From positions 1,236,306-1,300,305 of the forward strand of contig NW_004797392.1 of NCBI RefSeq assembly GCF_000002075.1: a stretch of 64,000 nt of DNA, given 5' to 3'. This stretch comes from Aplysia californica. Taxonomy: Eukaryota. Positions 25,101-37,100 of this stretch are shown one piece after another (position 1 is the stretch's first letter; the number at the start of each line of letters is the position of its first letter). The notes beneath the pieces were generated by a model. The model was not told the origin of the DNA. It did no database searches and saw only the letters and a list, made by a program, of their open reading frames with translations. Both the position numbers and the translations under genes were made by a program.

Positions 25101-28100
25101 TGTGCAGGTTCTGTCTCCCAAAAGTTGCTAAAAACTTAGTTGATTTTCTTAACTTCTCAGACACGGACATGCTCAAAGATTGTTTTACTCATAATTGCGA
25201 ATTCTTATGTTTCTTTGCTCACCTAATTCCACTCTTTGGCTGACACTACAAATCTACATACTAGTTTCCAGATGTGTGCAGATATTTTTCCTTTTAAATA
25301 ATATTTTAGTCTCTATAAATTTGCCTTTAATGCCTGGCTGTGCAACTCAAAACAAATGGAACTTTCTTTTTCCTATAAAGTTTTATGATGCAGTCTGCTC
25401 CTTCTTTTTTCCCCTGTTACTATTTTGTCTTTGTGTTATCCATGGCAAAATGTTACTCCTGTCATGTCCACTCCCTCCTCCCAAAATCCCTACCTGTGTG
25501 GGAGATTGGTGGGTGCTCTTTCCGTGTTATCAGTAACAAAATCTGTACCTGACTGAACAAGGTGTATGTAGTTGGTTAATCGGTGCTCTGGTGTGGTTTG
25601 CTCTTACTTTTTTATCAAATATTTGTCCTCCTTATCTCTCCTCCTTTTCTTTGTATATTATTCTCTATTAACACCTAATCTTTGGCATTACAAGACCTAT
25701 TTGTGTGGTATATGCCGGTGGCACTTCCATGACCAAAGCTGAGTCGATAGTGCCGTAAAACACCTACGCAAACAAACAAGCAAATGCTGTAGTACTCTAA
25801 CGAAAACTAAAAACTTACATTACTATTTAGAAGCACAGCATGAGTGGCTTAATTTATAAGTCACTGCCATATAGAACATGAAGTGTGGGTGGTTGGCCGG
25901 TGGTCTGGTGTGGTTTGCTTCTTCTTTCCTTTCAAACATCTATCGTCTTTATCTCTCCTTCTTCTTTTTTATGTTTGTTACTCTCTTGTAACACCTAATC
26001 TTCCGGCGCTCATATGACCTTATGCAGTTGTGAGCATTGTAAAACCTCTTCTAAAACTAAAAACTAAAGAACATTAAATTCATTACCAACTGCATCTTGT
26101 TGACCTGTTTTCTGTGGCAGACTGTTGATGGCGGTGCTGCTGAAGCACTGTGACCTGGGCTATGTGGTGCTGGGCCTGGTGGAGCACGGCCAGGGGGAGG
26201 GCGCCGGCAAACTGACCATGCCCAAAGCCGTGGCGGAACTGTGCCGTGTTATCTGCCAGACCAAGCGGTCTCTCATAAAGGTGGGTAACAGAAGTATACT
26301 TTTATCTATTAGCAAGCACTTACTTAGCCTTTAATAAACACACGCAAATTCATCGAGTTGAATAACAAGCAAACACATATTTATTAAGGAAAATAATGAG
26401 CTGTCTCTCTTAAAGGTGGGTAACAAAGTATACATTTATCTATTAACAAGCGCACACTTAGCCTTTAATAAATACACACATATTCATTAAGTTGAATAAC
26501 AAGCAAACACATATTTATTAAGGAGAATAATAAGCATACACTTATCCCTTATTTAGTGCACACATGTCCTTTAACAAGCTCACACATATCCATTAAGGTG
26601 AATAAGATAGACAGCATTGGTGGCCAACTGAGGAAAGTTTTTTGTACAAGCCTAATGTAATTTGAGAGCTGTTTTAGCATGTTATCTTTTTCTTTGGAGG
26701 CAAAGCTTCTTGAACACTTAATGAAGAGCATTGCACTTTGTGGTTGATCATAAAAACAAATTTTTTATACAACGGATGTGACCAATGTTGCTGATACATA
26801 TATGAATATGCCATCATGCTTTTACAAAGATCATCATAATTAGCGCTCATATGTCCTTATGCAGTTTTGAGCGCCGTAAAACCTTACTAAAACTAAATGA
26901 TCATCATTAATGTTCTATCTTTAATTTGATGATCTTAGATAGGAGCTTTGTCTTAGAGTGTTTGACTTTATTTCTTGTGTACTTGGAGTTTGAAGTTATA
27001 GTTCCAGCCTGGAGAGGGGGTTCTCGTGGTCTAGAGGTTACGGTGTTTGCCTCTCATTCCATAGGTCGTGGGTTCGAATCCGGATAGCGACAGAAATTTT
27101 TTTACTGTAAAATGTTCTCCTTTCACATCCTTTCCTGCTCTATAGCAATGTTCTGTCGTCTGCTTTCATCTCCACATTCTGCTCCCATCCCTTCACCTCC
27201 TTGCCCCCTCCTCAAGGCTTCTGACTCTTTCTGCAGCCTTTCTCCTGGTACTCCTTGGATCTTTTTTGCTGGTTTCTTTCAGCCACACCCCTAGTCTTGT
27301 GGTAGGAAAGATCTACACCTAGCCTTCTCAGACAAGGGAGAAAATTCTCGGAGGTCTCATGTGCAAGTTGTGCATGTTAAAGATCCCTTGGTGGTCCAAA
27401 ATCGATAAGAGTAGGCTTCTGGCGCCACGCTGGCAAAATTCAGAATTTCCTACCAATTGAAAATTTTTAATGTTTCCCGCGCGCTCATATGACCTTATGC
27501 AGTTGGGAGCACACTGAAACACACTTACCCTACCGGCCAGGAATTTTCTTTGACAGTAATTTGTTTTTTGTTAGCTGCAAAAAAAAAATTTATTCTTCTC
27601 AGTGGGGTTGTATTACAGTTGTGTTGTGCAAGAATTCTTTACCTACTAGATATATTCTTACCTTGTAATTGTTTCTGTTTCAGGCTCATCAAGACCAGGG
27701 CAGGTCTTACAAGGAGGTGTGTGCCCCTGTCATTGAGAGGTGTCTGTTTTTAATCAACGAGTTGCGACCAGCCTCTGGGGATCAAATGAATATGTTCACT
27801 CGGTCCAAGCTACTTAAATCAATGCCGCGATGGAGGGAAGTCATTTCTCGCATCGTCGACGACAAGAAGAGATCAAAGGGTGAGTTTCGTTAGGGTTTTT
27901 GTATACAATGGGGCACGGATAACTCAAATGCATAGAGCGTTGCCAAATGTGTTAGACACATTCATAACTCTGGTCAGTCAATAAGAAAAAACATTTTAAG
28001 ATATTCATCGGGGAATGGCTTGCACAAGTTATATATGATTTTGAGTTGTTCGTGTTCGTGTTATTTGTGCGCGGCTGTGGTTAAAGGCTTCCTGGTCTGT

Positions 28101-31100
28101 ATGCACACATAGAGGGCTTACTGCAGCATAGTCTTTATGTCATATGTTCTGCTTGGGGTTATTTTTCAACTTTTGTTTTAAACAAGAACAAAATGTAAGT
28201 ATGGCACAGAACTTATGTGGGTTTTCTTTTTCTATCATGCTAACATGGTCTACTAGCTTGTAGAATGATGGAACACTCCAGGAAACCTGATTTTCCTTTT
28301 CCGTTTTCTTTGTATGGCAGGACTTTCATCAACTCAAGATGAAGATGATGAAGACAGTGGAGGTGACAAGGAAAATGATGAGGACAACGAATCCCTTCTG
28401 AGTGAGGCTGCTGGTGGTGTTGATGACGCCAAGGATGATGAAGGCAAAGAAGAAACCTCCCAGGTGAAGGAGGAGGAAGACAACAGCGAGGATGAAGGGG
28501 AGGGCAGCGAGGAGGCTGTCAGCACTGCTTCTGAAGGCGAGACACAGCAAAGTGGCGGGAAGAGCCCTGGGGCTCTGAATCTGGACGACATCAAGATTGA
28601 GGAAAAGGAGGAAGGGGAGAATGAGGATGCAGCGGAGACAAAGAGCATGTCGCAAGACAGAACAGTATGTTTATGTGATGTTTTTGTAATTTAAAAAAAA
28701 AGGAAATAACCTGTTTGTAAAGAAATCTTTTTCCACTTGTATAATATAGCTTGTTTAACACTTTCCACCCCCGCACAGCGCAGAGTGTGCAACACTTATC
28801 CCCACGAACTAAGATACAGAGGCGATACACGCTATATCGCGCTGTCACTGATTCTTGTCCCATGGGGAAAACGGGCAGCTTCTATCCATCACCGATTGGC
28901 ATACCGTGGGGGCAAGGTGTTAAAGAAGAACCGTGGATTTTGTGATGTTTGTCTGAGAAGCATAGTTTCTAAACTTGTATCTCCGCTGAATGACAGGTAC
29001 AAAGGTGAAGCATTTTGTGTTACAAAAAGGTGAAAGGTCAACTGTGCAATCAGAGGAAACGGACTAAGAGGTCTTTAACCCTCTTTGACATTTTTTCCCC
29101 TTACTCATAAAAAAAAGTTGTGCTCTTCCTTTTTAGTTGTATTTGCATTTTTGTGTTATAAATGATATGGAAAATTATTCGCCAGTTCTCTTCTTCCTCC
29201 TCCCTCCTTCTCTCCCTTTGTACCTCTCTCCTTCCCTCCCTTGGTCTCTCTTTTACACTCATACACACACACACATACACACACACACACACACACACAT
29301 ATTCTCATACTCGCGCTCATCCAACCTGACTCCATTTGCCTCTCTCCCCCTTTTCCAGAGCGACCCATGGGAAGAGGTAGTCAAGGTGGTGACCAACTCC
29401 CAGAAGATGCGGTGGCTGCGGCAAAGACTGACGGGCTCCCGGGCAGAGCTGAGCTTGGTCAGCAAGATTGTGGAGTTTGTCTTGTTTGAACACCCTGTGG
29501 ACATTGAGAAGCTCCGCAGATCTCTCCACCATCAGGTGAGTGAGATTATTTGTCTGTGATGTTCCCATTCAATCTTCAACAGTGGGTGGTTGGCGAGTGC
29601 CCTGGTGTGGTTTGCTCCTTCTTCCTTATCGATCAAACTTCTATCGTCCTTTATCTCTCCTTTTTTGTGTTGTTTTTTTTTGCTATCTTGTAACGCCTCT
29701 AAAATATTCAGCACATATTCAACCTACTTGTGTCGCAAGTGCCATGAAAAGCTTACTGCAACCAATGATAGTACATAACAAGATGGGTCACTTCTCTCTT
29801 TGAGCCAATTAAAAAAGTGTCCTCAAAATTCGGTGGCGCCCTCTTCACAAAAGCGCACTCTTTGCGAACAGAGTTACCCTACTTGAGTTTTTTAAAATCA
29901 AAGTGAAACTAGCAAGTTTTGGGATAAATTTCGGAAGAACGCTTTTTTAAAATGGTTACGCTGACAAAAAACCTCTTCCGGAGGAAAGGGTGATGGTTTT
30001 CTTTGTTTAATTTGACTTTAGAATGAAAGGCGAGAGGTCATTAAAATTTTTAAAAACTAAAACTCCGCACTGAACGTACCCGAACTGCTGATGAACAGCA
30101 GTCTATCTGCGCACGCAAGGAGGTGCTATTCCTATTCTTTTTCTGGAAAAACGAAAGAGAGCTTCAAAACAGACTGCAGCGCCATCTGAAGCAAGGAGCA
30201 TACTTCCTGCGGACACTTTTTTGGCTGAGTGGCCCATCTTGTTATGTACTATCATTGCTGCAACTAATCTAAACTTAACTTTTCTCTCGTCCTTCTTTCT
30301 TTGTGTTGTTATGATCCTGTCACACATCTAATTTTTCGCACTTATATGACGTTGTTGTGTTACAAGTGCTGTAAAACTCTTTTTAAAACAAAGTAATCTT
30401 CTGCAGCAAGATGTACACCTCTGCAGACTTTTTTTTTCTAGTGGCTCGGTCTTCTAATATTCTTTGCTTGGTGTGTGATGTTCTTTATTTTACTTTTTTG
30501 ATGTGAGTGGTTGGCGAGTGCTCTGGTTTGGTTTGCTTCTTCTTTCCTATCAAAGATCCATCGTCCTTATCTCCCCTTCTTCTTTTTTATGTTTGCTACT
30601 CTCTTGTGACACCTGTAATCTCCTGGCTCTCATATGACCTTATGCCGTTGCGAGTGCCGTAAAACCTCTACTAAAACTAAAAAACAAAACTTTTTTGATA
30701 ACATCACCAGGTGGCACGAGCCGAGCGGAGGTTGCAAGGAATCCAGAACATGCTGACGCTGGTCCACAAGGAACATCTGGTCCCCTCAGTCAAGTACAGC
30801 ATACTCTGTGGCTGGCAGGGACTACTCTCTGTGGGCACAAAGCACCAGTGAGTTCTCTTGTTACATGTGGTGAAGGCTTCAGTTTGCTTGTTCCAGAGGC
30901 TGCTTTAAAAAAATTTTCTACCGTGACAAAGTCAGGACTTTTATTTGGTAGGGATAATTTTAATGCAGAGAAATTCATTTAACCGAAAAACATAGTGATT
31001 TATTGGCCTGTGTTTTAGGGTTGTTGTTGTTTTTTTTGGGTTTTTTTCTTTTGTTTTTATTTTTTAAACTATAAAGTAACCATATATATATATATGAATA

Positions 31101-34100
31101 CTGAGAGAGAGAGAGAGAGAAATAGATCGATCGGATAAATATATGAGTAGATATAGATTACAATGATGGACAAAGACAGATGGCTCCTTTTGTAGAGAAA
31201 GAGATAGAAAGATACACAACACGTGGTGTGATGATATGGCAGTTTCTTTGATGATAAGACATTATGTCCAATGCAAGCCTTGCTGGCTGATCAATAATTA
31301 TGCCTTTGAATTAAATAAATTGTCTTAGCAATATTGTTATATAGTGATATTTTTTTAATACTACAAACCAAACAAAACCAAAACGAACAAGCGAAGAAAG
31401 ATTATCAAATGTGTGGCAACAAGAAGTCAGCTCTTACAGGGGGACAGTTTTCTTCTTGGATATGACCTATTCTGCCTCAGTTGAATACAAAAAAATGTTT
31501 CTGTCACAATCAACATGAAACCAAGTTGTGCTGAAAGTAAAGTGCTCTGTAAAACTTTTTGGCATTCATGGAGAAATACTTTGGTTTGAAATTACATCTT
31601 TCTTATGCATAGCCAATGAAGCAAACATTATTCCTTCTTTGTCGTTGCATGGCTTGTGGTATAAATAAAAAAATTTAGTCTCTCATATAGCTCATATAGG
31701 AAGACTGAACAGTAATTCTTGTGATTCTTTTCTTGAGAGGAATATATATATTATATTTCAGTTCGCCCTTACCACACTGCCTGCACGATGTGAAACTGAT
31801 CCCGCCATGTGATCGCATCCTGCTGGAGATGACTTTTGCCGAGCTGTACCGCTGGGCCATCCAGGAGCTGCGCCACTGCGTCATACAGGCCGACATGATG
31901 TTTAAACTGCGAGGCATCAACCCAGCCTCCCCCAACCCGTGTAACACAAAGGTAGGTTCAAAAGTGTCACATGTCTTTTTTAAAATCAGACTAAGGAGAT
32001 CACGGGCTGGTCATTTTATATTGCTGTTCTCTGCGTTCACAGGCCCTTGTTAAGATACAAAATTGTTTTTATTGTTATATGATCATAATTATCGTTATGT
32101 GTGCCACTTAGGGTAGGCAAAATTACTTTATTACATAAAGGAAAAGAGGTTCCAAATGTCATGTATGCTGTTTAAATAATATTAAGGAAATCACAGGCTG
32201 CAGCATTCCTCTCATTTGACTTGTGTAGCATGTTCTTTTTACTTGTTCTTGCCACTCTTTTTTTTTCTTTCTCTGCACTCTTTTGTCCGGTGAAATTCAA
32301 GATTGATTACTTTTTCATTCCGTGATTATGAAAACTTAGACAAAGCTGAAACAGGCCTGCTATTTCTTCCTCTTAATTGCTAGAATAAAAGTTATATGAA
32401 TGTTGTAGTTACTATTTCAATTTCTGATCATTGCTTGAAGGAAAGTTATGCGCATGCAATAGTTACTATTTGTGACGATTGCCAGAGGAAAAGTTGTACT
32501 ATGAATGTTCTAGTTTATATTTGTGACAACTGCTGGAAGGAAAGTTGTGCAAATGTAATAGTTACTATTTCTTTTAACCATTTCAGTTTACGGAGCGGCT
32601 GAGCCTGGGAGCGTTGCCGTGCTCCCGTTTCATCCTGGCCACCCTGGGCCTGCTGGTAGCGGAGCACTTCTCCAACAGTCTCAGTCTGTTGCTTAACTCT
32701 GGAGTCCTGGCCCTTTCACAGAGCATACTCAGGCTGGCAGGTGAGTTGAGTAACTTGGTGAGCGGCGGTTTACTTGAGTTCTTTCTTCTTTTTCTTGTTG
32801 TTCTCCTTCTAGATCTCAGGGGTTTTCAGCTGCTGGTTATTCAACCTGCTGTGCAACTGATTTTTACGTATGTTACCATTTTTCCGTCTTCACAGAGCCC
32901 ATTGCCTTCAGGCAGCCACATTCTGATTTCATAGGTACTCTATGTTTTTATACTGACTAGAGTATTTTCAGTCTTGGTAGGAATTAATTTTTAATTTTGT
33001 ACAAGTGGCAGCTGGAGACTCTTATCGATTTTAGGACCACCAAGGGATCTTTAACATGCTCGACTGGCACACAGGACCTCCAAGATTTTTCGCCTCTTGT
33101 CCGAGAAGGCTAGTTGTTTTATCTTGCTCATCCTAAGATCAGGGGTGTGGCAGAGCCAGGAGTAGCAGTAGAAAGAGTCAGGAGTATTTTGCTCAGGTTG
33201 AATCGTGGTCTTCTTTACAAACAGTTGTGGGACATTTATCCCTTGCTCTTATCTCTACTATTGGGGCTCTGGTATGGCCTGCTTATTTTTCTTTGTGTTG
33301 TCTGAAAAAGGCCATACTCCACTACAAACAGATTGTAACAATGGTAGCAATAAGAGCTGAATAATATCAATAGCAAATCAATATGACCACAAACCCATTT
33401 TTACCTGAAATAGATCTCTTTGTCAAGTCATTTCCTTCATTTATTACCTAGGTGCTCTGTTAGCTCAGTTGGTATCATGCTAGACTACTGAGTAGTTTAA
33501 ATCCCAAATGAATCAATCTTGAGGGTTTTTTAGAGAGTTTTTAAGGCTCTCCATCTTTTTTGCTTGGTCTTATCAGAAATTTACATATAAATTTTAATTC
33601 AGAGATCCCGTCTTTTCGGCAACCTTACAGTGTTGAAAGCGGTGTTAAATCTATACATAAGCATTACATTAGCACACCTCTCCTTCCAGCAATGGTCACA
33701 ATTAATATCTACAGCATTCATATAACTTTCCCTCTGGTATTGGTTACAGATAGTAACTATTACATTTGCACAACTCTATAACTTTGCTTCCAGCAGTGGT
33801 CTCTTTTAATAACTACAACATTTTTATGACAACAACATTCTCACAATTCTCACCTATCAGGTCCAGACCCTGACTTACCAGTGGCTGACAATGGCAGTAC
33901 CGTACTGACCATCCCAGAGGAGCAGATAAACAAGAAGAGCAACCAGGCTATGCCCATGGCAGGACCCGAACTGGCAGCCATGATGAAAGTGGGCACACGT
34001 GTCATGCGGGGTGTGGACTGGAAATGGGGAGACCAGGTGAGTGAGCCAATGTGAGGTGTTGGCTGTAGTTAGCCCAGTGCAGAGGTCATCTTTTCCAGAA

Positions 34101-37100
34101 ATTTCCGTATTTCATTTTAAAATTAAATTCCTTACCCTTGCATGATATTGGCAGAATTTAAGTCTGGGGCCTTTGCATTGTGAGGATATTTCATTTTTTT
34201 GCAATAGTCTCAATTTATTTGAAAGCAAACTTCATGAATAGCACTGTAATATGCATTGTTCCATCTCCCTAGACTATAGTTTTTTTATATAAGTTTTCTA
34301 CTTTTTGTATCCTGTGACTATCGCACTTGTAATGAATCTGACCCAGGTATGCTTAAAAATGCTGAATACACGGAACGTATAGATGATTTGTATTCTGTGA
34401 CTATCGCACTTGTAACAAGTTTAAACCTCGTGTGCCTGAAAATATTGAGTGCGAGGAAAGAATTGATGATGAGCTCTCTGACAGGTAGCATTTATGCCAT
34501 ACACCTGCAACTGGAGTGCCCTCTGTAACATTCTGCCATGCATGTACCGTTAAAAAGAATAATAATGTCTTACACTGAGCAGCTGATTTGTAAATGGACC
34601 ATCCTCCAAAATGTATGAGCTCTGATTTTTACTGTGATTTTTGCTTGTCTTTTTTTCTGTCCTTGCCTGAATGTGCTTGCTGTCTATAGGAGGAACGAAG
34701 TTACCATTATATTATATTTGTGCTTCTCCTTAAGTTACCCAGCTAGTGGATTGTGGTGACTCTGGTGTCGTCTGCTTCTCTTCTACTTCTTTTACTTCTT
34801 TTTGGTGCTTCTGTTGGTGTAATCTTGTTATTCCAATATGAGAGGGTGGTTGGCGGATGCTATGGTGTGGTTTGCTCCTTCTTTTCTATCAAACATCTGT
34901 CATCTTTACCTCTCCTCCTTCTTTTTTATGTTTGTGACTCTCTTGTAATACATCTAATCTTCGGCACTTATATGACCTTATTGTGTTGCAAGTGCCGTAA
35001 AACTCTTACTCAAACTAAAAAATCTCTAATTTTTGGCACGTAAATGACCTTGTTGTTGTGCAAGTGCCATAAAACCTTTACCTGTGTACTAAAACACAAA
35101 AATCTGTGCCAGGACGGTCCTCCGCCCAGCCTGGGCAACGTGATCGGTGAGCTGGGCGAGGACGGCTGGATCCGCGTGCAGTGGGACACGGGCAGCACCA
35201 ACAGCTACCGAATGGGCAAGGAGGGAAAGTACGACCTCAAGCTGGCACAGATGCCAGAGCTCACAGACAACGAGGATGACGAGGAGGAGGATGAGTCACA
35301 AAGTGGTCAGTGGATGCATCTATTTGTATCATCTGTCATTTCTGTAGACGTGAACTTTGATAGATCTGTTTTTATCATCTCTCATTTGTGTAGATGTAGA
35401 CTTTGATATCTGGAGGTGTTTCAATTTTTCTATAATATTAGATATTAACACTAGATAGCAACATGTGTCCACTTACATGGATAGTAAGTGGTGGCAGGGG
35501 CAGAGAAATACACTCTGAGATCCTTATGAAGAAAAAAAGCATCTCTTATAAGGGTCAGTTGGCTTAGGAAACAGGAAAGATGTCAAACTGTGCGCCCTGC
35601 AGAGCATATATACTGGGCCCTCCTATATCCCTTCACAGGACCCAAAGTCATGTCTCTTACTCAACTCCCCTCTCTATCCCCCAAGTCCCTTACACTGTCT
35701 CTCGTTTGGAAATGATAAGACCTTTTTTTGTTACTATACCCTCTGAACATTTTAATTGACGTGTAAGTTTGTCGTTTGCTTAGTGTTAGACGCCGCCAAA
35801 CGCCACTTTGAAAAATGACATATGAGAGTCTTACACTGAGTAGTCGATCTGACATCATCTTGACTTCACTGCAAGTTCAGGCTTGTACAGCATGGAGTAT
35901 TCTTTGAACGAGTATTCTTTGGACGTTCATTAGGACAATAAAACCTAGGTTGTAACCTGTTGGTTTGCATCTGAGCATGTGGAAGTGAACAGCACTTACA
36001 TATTTCTCCTTCAGGTCCTTACTTCTACTTTGCCTGTACTTGCTTCCCCTTTCTCATCGCTCAGTACTGGCTACCACCTTATCTGAAAATGTTAGATGTA
36101 AGCTATGGATTACAGTAAATGATTTTGCATTTTGAGATTGAGATTGAGCTTAGAGGCTGCATACAATAGACTACATCACTTATATTTAATTGAATGGAAT
36201 TATTTGCCTTGGGTTGTTGACGGGTGCACTGGTGTGGCGTGCTCATTCTTTTTATCAAACATCTATTGTCCTTATCTCTCCTCCTTATTTTTTTGTGTTT
36301 GTTACTCTCTTGTAACACCTCTAATCTTCATCATTTATATAACCTTATTGTGTTGCAAGTGCCGTAAAACACTTACTTTAAAAAACACATCTGTTGGTCG
36401 GCGTTCATATAACCTAATTGTGTTGCAAGTGCCATAATACACTTACTTAAACAACAAAAAACAGTTGCCGGTAATGTTTTTATAAGAGATTTGTTTGTAA
36501 CAAAGCTGTGTCCTTGTTTGGTCTCAGAGAAGACCCACCCAGAGAACAAACACCCGACCAGTCTGATTCGTCGCTCCACCGTGGGCTTCCTCAAAGCCCT
36601 GTCACTGTGTGCTGGTGTTCACGCTGAGAACGCTCAGCCTGAGGCTGTGGCTGCTCTATGTGGGCTGATGCTCAGTATTGTGGATGCAGGATGCAACTAT
36701 GGACCAAGTGAGTGTGGAAGTGGGAGCCCGAGTTTGATATTAAATCTGTTTGCTCTATATTTTTGTCGTAGCTTTGTTTGCAGCTACTGCAAGACTAGAC
36801 TCCATTTTTTGTTTATGTGAAAGTGTTTGGTATAAATTTCCAGTACTTTTTCAAGCATTGTGTCTTCATTGTGTAATGCTAATTGCTTTCTTCAGTTTTT
36901 ATTCAAGTGATATAACCATAAGTGGTACTAAAGAAATGACATGCGAAATCTCTCTTTCCTGAACTCAGCATTTGCCATATTTCTACAATCTACAATCTAT
37001 TCACTAATTACTTCTTTATACACACAAGTAGAGTTTGAGTTGTTAAGTACTTTCTGTACTCTATCATATGAGAAATGGACATCATTTTAAAGTTTGCGTT

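Noticed and set aside
27016-27095. Functional tRNA gene
   Set aside because: Box A/B are present but there is no convincing acceptor stem, and the sequence runs into a SINE body and tail; the same applies to 1274, 23769 and 42969.
28329-28655. Antisense ORFs over exons (also e.g. 50327-50608, 54129-54443)
   Set aside because: Shadows of GC-rich or low-complexity HERC2 exons, with no independent gene signals.
32385-32580. Degenerate ~48-bp tandem repeat (similar decayed repeats at ~49905-50260)
   Set aside because: Real but highly decayed, with no evidence of function.
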